DNA of 64,000 nucleotides from Amphiscolops sp. MND2022 (lineage: Eukaryota), in the NCBI GenBank assembly GCA_964187785.1, contig OZ076409.1:56732001-56796000 (forward strand), read 5' to 3'. This document shows positions 44,247-57,657 of the stretch, piece by piece. A model generated the notes under the pieces. It saw only the letters and a program-made list of their open reading frames with translations, was not told the origin of the DNA and did no database searches. The translations under genes were made by a program, and so were the position numbers. Within the stretch, counting starts at the first letter, position 1. Every line of letters starts with the position of its first letter.

Positions 44247-45862
44247 GTTTCGTCAATGTCGTTTGCTTTCTCAATGTGCCCTTGGTTTTTTAATTTTTCT
44301 ATTTCTTTTTCTACCGCCGGTTGTAAATGAATCGGGATTGGTCGGCCCTTTTGTTGAATTATTTTCGCTCCTTCTTTTAATTGGATATCTACTTCTATGT
44401 TATTTACCGTGTGGTTTTCGTTAAATAGTTTGTGAAACTTACGTTTTAGTGTTGTTATGTCTCGGTCTTCTGTATTTCCCATCTGGGTTATGTGGTTGAT
44501 TTCTGTTTTGGGAGTTTCTACCTCTAGTGTAATTCCCAGTTTTCCCATCCAGTCTAGTCCGAGTAACGGGTGGGTGTTTTTAGTTGTTACCAGTATTTCC
44601 AGTTGGTGTTTTGTACCATTCAATTCGACATTTGCGGTGGTTTTTCCTTCAAATTTTATTTTGTTGTCGTTAACGTCCCGATAATCTACAGTTATCGGTT
44701 TGAGTGTTGTCACCTTGTTGAATTTGGATTTTGGAATAAGAGTTACTGGTGAACCTGTGTCAATTATGAATTTGATTGGTCGGTTGTTAACCAATACCGT
44801 CTTCATGTAGAACGGCGGTCCGTTCTTGTTATTTGTTGCCAGTGAATGGATTTTTGGTTGTATCATATGTATTCTGTCTGGTGTCCAGTCATCTTCGTCC
44901 GCACTGTAAGTTTCTTCTTCTTCTGCTATATGGTTGATTTTTTTCGATGAGCGGCAGCATTTGGCGAAGTGTCCGGGTTTACCGCATTTGGCACATTTCT
45001 TTCCCTTCGCCGGGCATTCGTGTTGTTTGGACCAATTGGGAGCTCCGCATCTGTTGCAGTCCATTCTTCTAAATTTTGTATTTTTTTCCGTATGTTCTTT
45101 TGTGGATTTCAATTTTCTCTTTTCTACATGTCTGATTTTCTTTTCTTCGTCGGTTTCTGGAGAGTCGTTCAGTTTTTCATACATGTACTCATGTATTTCG
45201 TCTGTTATTGTCTCAACTGACATGTCGCCTTTGCGTATTTTCTTTTTCAATTCGTAATCTCCGGTTGACTTCCCTATGAGTGATAAGAATTTGGATGCTA
45301 GTAATTCTGCAGCCGTGATATTTTCGAATTCACAGTTCTTTTCGATTTCCAGAAGTCTTTTCCATACATCTGCTGCCGTTTCTCCGTTTTCTCTCTTCAG
45401 ATCGAAGAAGTCTGATCGGCTGTGTTGTACGTTCCGCTCCGGTGTATAATGTAACCGGAATAGTGTGTATAGTTTATATAGTGGGAGGGAGCTCGGTTCT
45501 CTTTCTCTTACCGTCTTGGTCATTTCGGTAAGGGCATTTTGTCCAATTGCCCAGAGGAAGATATCTTTTATCTCGTTTTCCAATTGTTCCCGATATTGTG
45601 GTAAGATCTCTTTGGAATTTACCATCGTTGAAATGTCGATTTCTTTCGTCATTTTCACGTATTGGACGAATTTTCGCCACCACAGATTTGCACTGGTGCT
45701 ATCGTATTTTTCCAGACTTGGTATCGATAGCTTTTGGGTACAAGTCCGCTCGCCCGTTCTCATTGAGGTTTCATTGGGCGGTTGCCGGATACTTGAAGAT
45801 TGGTCCATTGACCGGTGGGGTCGTTCACCATTCGTGGGTGATGTGTTGTGTGATTCGTCCAT
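44198..45862 (-). CDS. gag: Element B Gag-protease (runs into the RT N-terminus; frameshift at ~44210)
   Basis: CNRC...HEC plus CAKCGKPGHFAKC knuckles, FIIDTGSP, LLGLDW, then RT start FVSPAVITIKK, which continues as DKSVKIALDSRKLN in the pol frame. Confidence 0.92.
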   Translation of the reverse strand: MDESHNTSPTNGERPHRSMDQSSSIRQPPNETSMRTGERTCTQKLSIPSLEKYDSTSANLWWRKFVQYVKMTKEIDISTMVNSKEILPQYREQLENEIKDIFLWAIGQNALTEMTKTVREREPSSLPLYKLYTLFRLHYTPERNVQHSRSDFFDLKRENGETAADVWKRLLEIEKNCEFENITAAELLASKFLSLIGKSTGDYELKKKIRKGDMSVETITDEIHEYMYEKLNDSPETDEEKKIRHVEKRKLKSTKEHTEKNTKFRRMDCNRCGAPNWSKQHECPAKGKKCAKCGKPGHFAKCCRSSKKINHIAEEEETYSADEDDWTPDRIHMIQPKIHSLATNNKNGPPFYMKTVLVNNRPIKFIIDTGSPVTLIPKSKFNKVTTLKPITVDYRDVNDNKIKFEGKTTANVELNGTKHQLEILVTTKNTHPLLGLDWMGKLGITLEVETPKTEINHITQMGNTEDRDITTLKRKFHKLFNENHTVNNIEVDIQLKEGAKIIQQKGRPIPIHLQPAVEKEIEKLKNQGHIEKANDIDETCFVSPAVITIKKINR

Positions 45863-45907
45863 TTCCGTATCGTGTGTAGTAGTTCTTGGCTAAGCGTAAG
45901 TTAGCCT

Positions 45908-45917
45908 GACTGCGCCA
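45908..45917 (-). promoter_or_regulatory. PBS of element B (tRNA-Ser type)
   Basis: TGGCGCAGTC immediately after the 5' LTR; resembles the complement of the tRNA-Ser end ...GACUGCGCCA. Confidence 0.7.
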
Positions 45918-46128
45918 TGTTGTAATCTCTTTGCTTGACAAAAGTTAACAACATAAAACTGTATTCGAACATCAATCTTTTTTGTACTGAATAAAGATCA
46001 GCTTTTTAGGTATAGACAATAGTAGCAGGTACTAAGGACATCTAGACAATTAAGTATAATGGTATTGAACAATAGTAATGTCTGTCTATGATTTGTCCTC
46101 TAACTCTAGTTCTTTAGCTGCTGCTTCA
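45918..46128 (-). repeat. 5' LTR of element B
   Basis: Direct repeat of 39993-40203. Confidence 0.97.
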
Positions 46129-47121
46129 TAAATTGAGAAGCATCTACAAAGAATTTTTAATACTATTCTTCACAAAAAACACAATAAATTAAAATCCGGT
46201 ATCCAAAACTTCAAAATATTCCCCTCGAAAATTATGACTACTAGAAAATATTTTTGTAATTACGTGCAGTTGCAATTTTGCATCACAAAATTCTCATTGA
46301 TGGGAGGAAAATGAAAATTATCCAAAGCATCTCGAACAACATGGAGTTTTATTTCGACATAAATTCGGAAAGGAACACACATTATTATTGAAGAATGATG
46401 GTGAACTGTGGCATGTATGGTGTGTACGGACGGCCGCGAATGGTAGTTATAATTGAGAGACTGAAGCATACTTTAATTGAGCCTGACCACTCGTTAACAA
46501 CTGGAGCGATTCATCAATTATTGAAGCCCCAGCGCTCCATGAAATTCAAGACCGTCTCCTAGCGATTAGAGAATCATGTCATCCATTTTAATTCACGCTG
46601 CCTCTCCTACATTTGCTTGTTACGCACTCCCTTCATTATAAAAGGGTACCCACTTCAAAGTGATTAAGAGCACGCCTTACCGTTCCCAGGGGAGGGGTTG
46701 TGTAACATTACCTAATAAAAATTTTAATTATGTCAAAATGTAAGATGAATGGAGGTTTGCAGCGGAAGTGAGAGAAGAAAGGAAAGAAAGACAGATATAG
46801 AGAAAAGAGAAGCTACCTATGATTTGATGTTCCAAGCAAAGACAACAATTACACAAGCATCACTGACTTTTCAAAAGCCAAGAAAGTCCAGGAAGCAGAG
46901 CATGAAAATAACGCCCACAAACATATCAAAAGCCTCGGTCAACGTAAAGTCCTGGTAGCTGTAATTTCAGTACTTTTGAAGGATGTATATTACGCTTTTT
47001 GAGGTTTGTTTGAGTGTAGTTGCGCGTTATTGTTTAGGTTGATTATTTCCCATTTTAAAGATACTCAATGAGAAAAGCGGATCAATGACTATACTAAGTT
47101 TGTAAACAGGTTAGAGCAAGA

Positions 47122-48326
47122 GGAGGAAGAAATTTCGTCGCTTGAAATTATCGTGAAAAGTTCCGTCGTTTTAGAAAATCCCGAATTTTGGTTGTCATAA
47201 ATAAATCGCGTCGTCAGAAATTTCATTGTATCGATAAAATATAACAGCGTTATTAAAAAGTCCGATCGGAGGTCTTACGAACAAGCGTTCGTTTCGCAAG
47301 CGTCACTGAGGAGTTTTGAGCGCAATTGGTTTATTGTTTTGCGAAAGTTTCCATGGACACACATCTCGTACAATGTCAGAGTTTTTGTTTGTTTGAAAAT
47401 CTCTCTCAGTCTGTAAAATTTGTTTTTGAAAAAAAAATCGCGCTACGAATAGGGCTCACCTTAATCAGTATTTTCCAGAAACATTTTGGACACTCTCATG
47501 AACTATTGAACCTCAATTGACAATTGGTTTGGCATAAGAGTTATAAAATGATGAAAGACGTTCCATTGAAAACATATACATGACTCTGTATATCGATTAC
47601 CAGAAATTTCGTCGTCGGAAATTTCGTCGTCAGAAATTTCGTCGCAAGAAATTTCGTCGTCGGAAATTTCGTCGTCAGAAATTTCGTCGTCGGAAATTTC
47701 GTCGTCGGTGATTACGTTCTATAAAACGTCGCATTTTCTTTAATCTATTATGAATCGTCTTATTATTGAGTCTTAATAATTATCGATAATTGTGCAATAA
47801 TTACTATCATTGACTACTTTTTGTTATGGTTTTGAAAAAGTTTCGGACATAATAACTCCCCATACACACCTTGTTTCTTATCCCCCCAACACGAAGTTGT
47901 TTCGACACTTAAAGCAAAAATTTCCATTACCAAAGGAGTTTTTGATAATTTTCTGACAAAAAAGCAAAAATTCCCCCTGGAGCAAGCTTGAATTGTATTG
48001 TGAAGCCCCTGTAAGTAGTTCCACCGGTAGGACTGAAAATATACCATTGCTTAATAAGCGTCTTGATGAGTTGATTGAACGCAATTAACTTTTTGACTCA
48101 ATTTTGGTGTCAAAATGAAACTTGTTTTTAAGATCTCATTTTTATAATTAAGTAATTGTATAATTCAAATGGTATCTTTTGGTGAACGCTGTTATTCTAA
48201 TCAATACGACGAAATTTCCGACGACGAATTTTCTGACGACGAAATTTCTGGATTTGCTAATACGACGAAATTTCTTACGACGAAATTTCTGACGACGAAA
48301 TTTCTGGCGACGAAATTTCCGCCTCC
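47122..48326. mobile_element. Foldback/MITE-like element with 15-bp subterminal tandem repeats
   Basis: Termini ggagg..gaaatttcgtcgc / gcgacgaaatttccgcctcc; (agaaatttcgtcgtc)n at 47602-47707 and inverted (gacgacgaaatttct)n at 48206-48320; no TSD found. Confidence 0.7.
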
Positions 48327-48784
48327 CTGTATATCAGCCCTCAGCTTTCGTTCAACTTTTTGCCAGGTAGCTGATATATTACCGAAATTTCAACTGATGG
48401 ACCAAATCAACCGCTAAATATATGAAGTGTGGTTTATTAGGGACGTTTTTCCCCATCTATTGCACTGTAGGTTTGCCATTACGATAAGAAATAGTTTCAC
48501 AATTTGAAGAATTGATGTACAATTTGTAGCAAGAAAACCAATTTGCCACTCCGTTTTTATCATATAAGATCTCCTATAAATTATATTTACCGAATCTAAT
48601 TAAAAGGAACGTCTGTAATTTTTTCCTATCGTAGAACAAACGGCAGGACGTGGGTTAGTATCTCCACTTGACAATATTATTCTTATGCTTGGTTCTGCTT
48701 AGTGAGAACTTTTTCCAATGTTTTTCAATGTTTTTCACGTGATGGGCCCAGCACGCTTTATCCTACTTCTGATTTTCAAGAATG

Positions 48785-49468
48785 GCGTTTTTCCTATGCG
48801 ACTGTTTTCTAATTTGTTTTTATCGGAGCCCCTTCCTCAATTTTTACTAGAAACGAAACGTTTTGCGTGCACAGAGGACTCTCACTTTACTATGTGATTT
48901 GTTTCTAATTGGTTTTCACTGAAACCTCTCTTCATTTTTTTCAGAATTGAAATGAAAACTTTTGCGAGTATAAAGAACTCCTCAGGGTTTTCGGCACTAT
49001 GAGACTTACCGGAGAGTTTTTTTGCGAAAACCCTTTTTGGAAAATTTCGAATATTTTCCTTTTCAGTTTTTGTTTTTTAAGAGGTTTTCGGGGGAGCAAA
49101 ACCGTTCTACCAATTTTGAGGGAAATCTCTTGAGTTCATTTTAATTGTGCAAAAAATTTACGGCTTTTTTCGGCACTGTGCGACTTTTTTCGAAACAGTT
49201 CTTTTCCAGTAAAATGGTACTCCTTTCATTTTTGAAAAAGTTTTTTGCTTGGTTTTACGATATCGATGGGTCTCCTTTTAGGTTTTTCGGCAGCATGAGA
49301 CGTTTTCCAAATAAAAAATTCATTTTTAAAATGTTTTCCAACGGGTATTTTTCGGGTATTTTTCGGCACTGTAAAATTGATGAAACAATAGTTTCCTTTT
49401 CCATATTCAAAAAACATTACTCTTTTGAACTTTGAGCGGGGCGCCGAATTGGGCCGTTCCCGGCTTGC
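48785..49468 (+). mobile_element. Dispersed non-autonomous repeat (ttttcggcac family)
   Basis: Several ttttcggcact(g/a)tg motifs; 3' end gcgccgaattgggccgttcccggcttg with a small hairpin. Confidence 0.6.
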
Positions 49469-49899
49469 TGTTGATTACTACTGTATACAAATATACAGAA
49501 AGCAATTTTTTATTCGTGGAGTTCTAAAAACAAACGTTTATTTGTCAAGTTTTGCATCGATGCAGAGAAAGTAGCATCGATGCTGATCAGTTCACGCTAT
49601 AATTATAAGAACGACAAAAAGACGTTTAGCTTTTTATAGTTTCCGTTCGGTTTCTCTGAATGCGCTGAACAAACAAGGACATTCGAACAGGAAAAGAAAA
49701 CCCATTAGGGTGAATGAGTATTGGTCGTGATCATCTAAAAAATCTGAATTCTTCAAGAGGGCATTCCTTCGCCTCTCGTCTTCACTGCTTCTTACTTTCA
49801 AGTTTGAACTAATTTGTTTTGTTCCATATAAGGACTTTTAAAAATCGCAAACGTTCGATTGAATGCATTATTTGTTGTTACCGCTACTACAACAATATG

Positions 49900-49918
49900 T
49901 ATATATATATATATATAT
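49900..49918. repeat. (TA)n microsatellite
   Basis: Seen directly. Confidence 0.9.
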
Positions 49919-51149
49919 CTTAGGTTCCCAAGAAAAAAGGATTTATACACTTCGTGAGAAATAATGCTGATTTGATAGTGAGAATTGGTTAATCACTTTG
50001 CTTTACTCTATGAGACTACAGCTAAACATGGTACGAACCTTCTTCTTACAATTAGAGAAAACATTATCATACGTACTTTTCGTAAAGTTAAAATTTCATT
50101 TTGAAAAATAAAGCAAATAAGCTAGAACGAGGTATAACAAAATGAAGTTAACTACAGCCATGGCTGAATTATTTCCCGATTCTGTTTCTGATAACACGTC
50201 GGAAAACTTTCATTGTGAAAAAAACTAGCATCAAAGAGAATGAGCATGGCATACTTTTGTCATTATGCAGTATGGAGCGCTTGTTTGTTGTGAATGCAAT
50301 CTGCAATGAATATAAAAACGGGATATTTTCCATGAATTCCCACCCCCAGGGTAGGCGCTCAAAAATTAATTTAACCCCATTTTGCAAAACGTACTCAACA
50401 ATCAATGGGAACAGCAATTGTGCTAACATTTGATACTGTGAATCTCTGAGATCAATTCATTGCTTAACTGCGATGATTAAACCAACCAATCTAACTGAAT
50501 TGCTTCATGACTACACACTATTGCAGCAATTTCGCCGTATGAAAGATTATATGGGAGTACTTATTGTTGGGGATGAAATTAAAGAGAAAGATCTTGAAAA
50601 CATATACAAAACGTGGCCTTCATGTTGAAAATAAATCAAAACAGGAAACTTCAAAACGTTTGGGAAACATTAGGAATGCTGGTCTAAGTCTATAACCTTC
50701 AAAATAAGATAACAAACAGTAAAAAGAAATAACTAGATGAAAAACTTCTATATGAGGTACATTTGCAAGAGGTACATTTACAAACTTTCAGGTTATTGCA
50801 AGCTGGAGGTAATCTATTACAAGCTTGAAAATTAGGTCAAGTTCGTTGTATTCTAGTGCTACAGATGCAAAAACAGATACTAAAATAATCTCCTGTTTGT
50901 ATGTCTAAAATCTAAATAAACAAGAACACAAATAGATATATCGAAGTTTTATATCTGAAGTTTGTTATTTGTCAACAATAGGGGGTACTGCCTGCAACCG
51001 AAACTCGGTAAAGGTCATAAGTGATGGTTGAACTATATGGCAAAGTTGGCATGCCAGTAAGAAATGAAATCACAATGATGACTGCAGTGTATCTCTTTTA
51101 AAGAGGTACTATCGTATCAACACTGGATTTGCAACTGGATTTTGGCTTG

Positions 51150-51410
51150 AATAAAATCATGTATTTTGCCGCGAAGAAAATCACAATGGAGTCAGAAAGT
51201 GATAGCTTGTCAATCCACCGTGTTAAACAAGCGCTGCGTTTTGTAAGTGCTCCTCTATTTGGAGTATTGGTGTAGTGTTCATGGTCAATTTTGATTTGAC
51301 TGCTCGACAGTAAAGACCGGAAATGTTTCAAACCCCCTCACAACAGCCAGTATATCTCTTTTAAATGTTGCTTTTTTCCGCATCATTGAGAAATTAGCTT
51401 GCAAATGCGG
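51150..51410 (-). pseudogene. Old Gypsy RNase H relic
   Basis: AS*FLNDAEK...ILAVVRGLKHFR...SACLTRWIDKL..AAKYM aligns to element B ASRFLSDTEK...LLAVVWGLEHFR...SARLTRWLDRL..AGKHL. Confidence 0.6.
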
Positions 51411-51643
51411 TTGGTTCAATGGTCTTTTTTATGCTCAAAAAAACATAGAATTTCTGCGAGCCCATGATGCGCTTGGGATGGAAAGTATTTAGCGTACACT
51501 GTCACTTAAATACAAACATCAAATAGAGCCATAGATTTTTACCCTGAAGACAAAAGATAGAACTGAGTTGAGCAGATTTCGGTGTGCTGCACTGATTATA
51601 ACAGAGGATAGGAAAAAACTTTACAGAGGTAAAAGAGACACAT

Positions 51644-52372
51644 TGTAACGATAAGCGCTGGCGCTTGAACCGCAACTTAGAGTGGAGGAACTAGAACTGC
51701 GAATATAATCTGGGACCTAGACCTCCGCGGCTCTAGCTCATTTTCCCTCCGAAGGAGCCAGTCCCAAGGTGGGGGAACCGTCTTGTAGGATACTCTCTGG
51801 CCTGGTCCTAGTCTGTAACTGCTAAAAGTAACAGGCATCTTGCAAGACTCAAGACCACTGCTCAACTAGCCTTTAAAAATCGGGCTGAAAATCGGTGGAG
51901 GTTGAACCGTAATATTGGAGAATCCAATAAAATCGCCAAATTGGATAAACAGATGTTAAATAACAGCTCTCGAGCACATTAAATTATCACATCGAAAAAT
52001 ACAACAAGAAATCAAAAATTCAGAGTCATTTGTTGGAGATTGACCTCAGCTTCCCAGCGCTAGCGCTAGTTGCCACACAGGATACCGCAGGAACACTCAG
52101 GCGAACATTTGGAACACTGGTTTTCTCTACTGTAGTAACGGATATCTCCTAGAGATGGACACAATACCGTGTTCTGTATGCGTTGGGGACGTCTTTTTAG
52201 TCGTCTCCGGTGCTTGTTCGTCGCGAGCGGCAATTTCTGATTTTCTGGGGTGATTTTTCTGGCAGGTACTTCGTCTTGAGCATGTTTGAGTGCCACGTCA
52301 AATTTGAACGAATTTTTGACAAAAATTCTAAACATGTCGGTTGATATTGCTGTACCAGAGCTTGCCGTTACA
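51644..52372 (-). repeat. 3' LTR of element C (729 bp)
   Basis: TGTAACGATAAGCGCTGGCG...CCGTTACA followed by the same PPT; the first ~240 bp are nearly identical to the A LTR, the middle is diverged. Confidence 0.95.
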
Positions 52373-53113
52373 TCACTCCCCGCGCTTCTGGCTTGTCGTC
52401 CCTGGCAAGCGGCGTCTGGACTCGTCTGGAAGCTGCATCACAGTGACTACTGGGAACCATCATCCACACATCAGGGAACAAGGACGAGTCCTTGTTTTTC
52501 GGCAACAATTTTGGTCAGTTTTTGCTTTTTTTCTCAACAAAAAAAAACTTACTGCCTAGCTATTTGTACAAAACGCGAACGAGGTTTTAGCACCAGCTCG
52601 AGAGCTAAGGTTTCCAGCCGGTTAAAATTCGTTTGGGCAGCCAATTTTCGTAAAAACTTTTTTGCGACCAAAGTCAGCTGAAACTTCTTTTCCTAACCAT
52701 TTGGCACTTGTAGTCTTCAATTCATTTCTGGCGATTTAAAACTTTTTTTAGAGCTTGCAGGCTCCTACAGTAAGCAACCAAATTGATAGAGAACGCTAGA
52801 CGAGAAAGAAAAATGCAACCAAGAGGGTTAAAACTTCTTTTGATTATGATAACTCAAAAACACCGCGAACGGTGCGCAACAAAAATAGCAGTTTTCTGAA
52901 TAATAGTTTTTCTTTTCTTTCTGCTTGGTAGTCCAAACCACTGGGGCAGGCGTACTCTATTGGCCGTACACCCAGTGCAACACTAATGGTACACAAATCA
53001 TATATCCATAACTATGAACAAAAATTGCACTGGATGAAAAGTTCTAAGGCACTGTTTTGTTGGCAGTTTTTTGAGTGTATAGGGAGCGCGAACGCTCCCG
53101 TTAGCGGCTGGGT

Positions 53114-56100
53114 TCATTGAGCCGAACTGCGTCGGGTCCGCTCTTTAGTGGTATCATCGGGGGTCTGTTCTGCATTATCAGTCGACACTGACGCTCGACG
53201 TCGGGGAGAGATTTCTGTGGCAACCGTCTTAGAGTCCGACAGATCTTCGGGGAGCAATAACTCGGCAATGGGCTGCACTAGTGCTGCATTGGGAGTCAAC
53301 TCAGCTGCGTGCTCTCCTGACTGCTGCTGCGAGGACTGAGGACTAGTTCGTGACGATGACGGGCCAACTGGTTCTGGCTCCAAGTTGTGGGTTGGAAGAT
53401 TAATGGTGATCGGTTGAGAGATGGGCCGATCCAAAGACATCGCCATCGTTGGCGCGAGCATGGTAGGCGCGAACGCCTGTTGTCTCGCTATTTCCGCTTT
53501 GCCTTCTACGGCTAATGCGACTCTGCGTGAGATCCACCCAGGTTGGCTCCAGAGCTCGCAAGCTCTCTTCCAATTAGGGAAGCTAGCAATCTCCAATTCC
53601 AGACAATACTCCTCCCATCTTGCTCGTTCTGTCGAACCCAACACGGAATTGATCTCATCATGCTGAACGATGGACATATCTCCAGACATGGTCATCTTTC
53701 CTTGGGGCTTCCACGCCGACTTCCAGGGGAATGGGATAACACGGGATTGGAGATTTCGTTGTCTGATCTGAGCAGCGCCTTCAATCCATCCTGGGATCTG
53801 GGCTGGTTCCAGGTGCTGGATTTGACGGTTGAAAATCTCAGGGGCGCGTCCAACGGGTTTCGCCTTTGGCCAACCCAACGGTTCCTTCCAATAGCGGTTT
53901 GGGAAGGCGATGCACTTAAAACAGTACAAGGGGTCTACAGGTGGACCAGCACTAGTGCTGGCGCGGATCGCCTTCCTTATGAATTCCTGACTCCACGGGA
54001 ATCTGAAGGGGACTCCTTCCAAACTGAGAGGTGTGGAGTACCAATTCACAGGGCCATGTTCTCGAGGCAGAGGGCATCCTTTCCTGGTGCGCGCGCAACA
54101 AACCCATCAGGTTCTCCTCCAGCTCCCTTTCAGACTTCAGGGTCGTGTATCCATGCGGCACTTCACCACTCAGCACGGCATGTATTACCCTTGGATATGC
54201 CAGTGAGGGACGGCCTCGCAGATATGTGCTAAATGAGATCATGTGTACTTGGACTGCTGATGCTGAGGGCTTGGTAGGGTATCGGCACACGCCCACTGCA
54301 CCAAAGATGGGGGCCAGGACGGGAGCCATGGCTGCCACGAAATCCTCTACCTCAGCTAGGGTGAGATCAGCGATTTGCTGCGGCAAGGGGAATCATGCCG
54401 TTTCTCGTGGGATTTGCTGGTCTGAGTTGTGTAGTGGCTGGGACTGGTCCACACCCACGAATAGACCGGAGGCAAACACCAAGGTGGAAAATAGCCAGTG
54501 CTGGATCGACGCACGCATGCGCTCCAACTGGGCGGAATAATCTTGCTGGTCCTTTGAGGTCATTAGATGTCCCCAACGGGTCAGGCTGCGCAGTTGCCCT
54601 TGTGCTAGGACCAAGTAACTGTAGAATACGGTGAGGTCGCAGGCAATCACGATGTCGACTAATAGGGCTAGTGGTCCGGCTACAAACTTCGTTGGACCCA
54701 TCGCTAGCGCGAGCGCTAATATTTCTCCGACCGTTGCCTCTCCAATGGTTTCTAGTAGCTTGTCTGTTTGCGTGGGGGTGAGCGAAAACTCGGAAGTTAT
54801 CACTTCAAGGTTCCATCCCAGACCAAGACTGGTGCAGAAGGCTTCCAACGGACAGTTGAGCTCTCGAGCTACTTCTGCTAGAGTCCTGGTGGCAAACCTA
54901 GCTTGATACCAATAGGCATAAGTGGTAGCCGCGGCGTCGACCTCGGCCTTCAGATTGGTTGCTTCAATTGCCACGATGCACCGCAGTCCTACGGACAGCT
55001 TCACGGGCTCGATTCCTGAGGCGAAGTGGATCTGTGGAATTGTCCTCTCAACGGTGCGCGCTGCAGGCCATGTACCGATTTGTTTTGTCAGCTCAGCTAG
55101 CTCCGCACGCACTGGGATATCTTTGTCCTTTCGCACCAGCCAATTGTAACGACGAACAGCCTCTCGCTCGGTCACGTTTGACTCTCGGGCGATGCGGTTG
55201 CCGTCGAGGTTGAAGGCCATTCTGCCCATTCGCATTCCATGATCATAGAGGATAGCGTCGTCAATGGTCAACTGGGGATTTCCCGAGCGTTCTATGGCAA
55301 CGAGCGCTCTAGATATAGCGGCAAAGAAGGCTGGATACGATAAGGTATCTGGGCGCAGGTCCTCTCGGTCTACACGCAAGTTTGAATGTAGACAAACTGC
55401 TGCAGACTTCGTGGCCAGTACATAAATCCTGGTGGGGATACAAAGAGCGCGAGCACTCCCAAGCGACCCCGAAGGATCCCTGCGGCACGTTCCATTGCAC
55501 CAACAACCTCATTCACTAAGGCTGCAATGTCTCCAGGTCGTCGGACATCGGACATTATGGCGTCTAGATCACGCAGCAACCCTTCGCAAGCCATGTGATC
55601 CAGAAGGTTGGCGAAGATCACGCGCTGTGGGGGTGGCTCCTTCTGTGATCCTCTTAGGTTTGGGTCGTATATGGCTCCAACCATCTCAGCGGTCTCAGCG
55701 AAGCGGGACAGGGGCATGGTCAGTACCAGCACGTCGGGCATCAAGTTGTCAATAGGCAGATCACTCCGGCAGGTAGAATCGACTGCCATACAGTAGCGCG
55801 CGCGCTGCAAAGCTGCTTTCAATAGAGGCTTCAGAGATCTCAAGTTGCGGGCGTAGCGGGCGTACGCTTCCCAGGTCTCACCTTCTCGCAACACGTACCG
55901 CGCGGGGAACTGCTCGGTGATGTTATGTTGCAGGGGTGCCATGTAGTTATTGGTCGTCATTGGCAGCTGCTCTCGGGCACGCTGTTCCCAAGCCTGCTCC
56001 GACATATCTGCGTCACGGGGGCGCAGCGAGAGTGTGACCTGCGCCGGTATTGTGGTTCGATTAATTTCCTTTTGCTCCGTCTCAGTGGGAGGGGTCCTTT

Positions 56101-57370
56101 TCTTTATAGCACATTGACTGGGGTAAAGGTGCTCAGCGGCCATCCAAATGCGTTTGCTGTCATTTGTGACTACTGAACCGGATACGTCATCAGAGGGAGG
56201 GAGGAAGGCTGGAGGGCGGGCCTCCTCTACTGTCTCAGGTACTTCCAGGGACATGTCTACTGGATTCGTGCCCGAGGGCACAGAGCTCACTTCCGAGCCT
56301 GCATCCGGATCTCCATACTGCTCGATTGCGTCCGCTAGAGACATCTGAGGCGCGCTTCGGCCTAGATGACCCACTCGGTATGGAGGCCTGGGGATGACTA
56401 CGTTTTTCAGCTGGGGTCGAGGTACATCAGCGCGTTTGTCGGGAGGGGGACGACTAGTCGGACTCTCGGTTGCTGAGCCAGCTGGGGTGACTGAGGCAGT
56501 TTCTTCAGTGAGTCGCTTTCTCCCGGCTTCTTCTCGTACGCCAGTAACAGCGCTTGCGCTATTGCTTGGTCCAGCAGCAATTTCTACATCCATAGATGCT
56601 GTCTCGACTAGAGGAGCAGGAGGATCACAGCCCGAGGGCTGAACAGCAGCTTGCAGGTAAGTGGCTAGCCCAGGGATTCTTTGCTCTACGGCACGGACAA
56701 AATCGGAGGAGTTCGGATAGTTGGCCACTGCTTGCAATGCCACAATTACGGCCTGCTCGCCGGTACTCCTTCCAGTCAGGTCTGGGTTTGGTATGGGTGG
56801 CAACCGGGACCCCGAGGGCTCCCGATCAGAGACTGGTGCACTAGTTGTGGTTTGCAATACCATGTGTGGCGCTCGGTACGATGTCCCAAAGGCAGCCGAA
56901 CCGGAGTAGGTCGGCGTCATTGGTACTGGTTTTGGTGCTGGTGGAGGCAATGCGACCATCTGAGGTGGTGGCATTGTTGCAACGTTGGCAGGCACCATAC
57001 ACAGGGAAGCTTCTTGCTCGAACCTCGTGCCCTGGCTGGGGCCAAGCATTGTGGTAGAGCGTTCATCTAGGAATTGATGCGTCAAGTCGTGGCCATCCCA
57101 AGCATTGTTCTGGCAGGTTAGCGTGCGACGGTAGCCAGCTACTTCCGTCACAAGAGACACAGATACACCTGGCAGCGTCTGCAACGTGTCTAGTTGAGTG
57201 AGCAGGGCGGCCACGCCCGCTACCGCTAACGGTGAAAGGCCGTTCCTCAATCGCTCTTCCACATATTGGACTTGATTAGTCCTCTGCGCTCGCGCAGGCA
57301 ATTCTTGAGACCTATTGCTATGAGGTCCCGTCGTGGGGATAGGCACCGTGTTGTTGGGGTAATAAGCCAT
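53114..57370 (-). pseudogene. Element C ORF3 (SGNH-like accessory gene), broken into 55370..57370, 54393..55379, 53952..54386 and 53114..54049
   Basis: Colinear protein similarity to A ORF3 from the start Met to the terminal RRSSAQ. Confidence 0.88.
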
Positions 57371-57657
57371 TATATCATTGGTCTAAAAAGGATTACCGTT
57401 AGGCTTACTAGGTGCATTATGGGAAGAGCTTAGGGCTCATCATCCAGTTACAATGGTGCAAAGATGGCTCCATAAGGGAACCGCAACAAGTTTAAATTGA
57501 AGTTCAACTAACTAACTAGAACATAAAGATAGGGGTTATTGAACGGTACATTACAAGTTAATCATTCCGTGGGATAGTTTAAGACTTCCTCCCAGATATG
57601 ACAATTGCCGGGGTGGGGAAATTAAGGAGGGGACAACAGAAGAGAGCTTTGGGCAGG

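Larger units (their letters stand above)
39993..46128 (-). mobile_element. Element B: complete 6,136-bp Ty3/Gypsy retrotransposon, Mag-like
   Basis: Identical 211-bp TG...CA LTRs, 5-bp TSD TAAAT (39988-39992, 46129-46133), PBS, PPT, tandem Cys/His knuckles in Gag, short LTRs. Confidence 0.97.

Noticed and set aside
46689..46710. Purine tract followed by TGTAACA, resembling PPT plus LTR start
   Set aside because: No partner LTR, CA end or coding relic identified.
47602..48320. Short periodic repeats as a CRISPR array, and the ORF with TTKFL repeats (48169-48417)
   Set aside because: 15-bp head-to-tail units without spacers in eukaryotic DNA; the ORF is a translation of the repeat.
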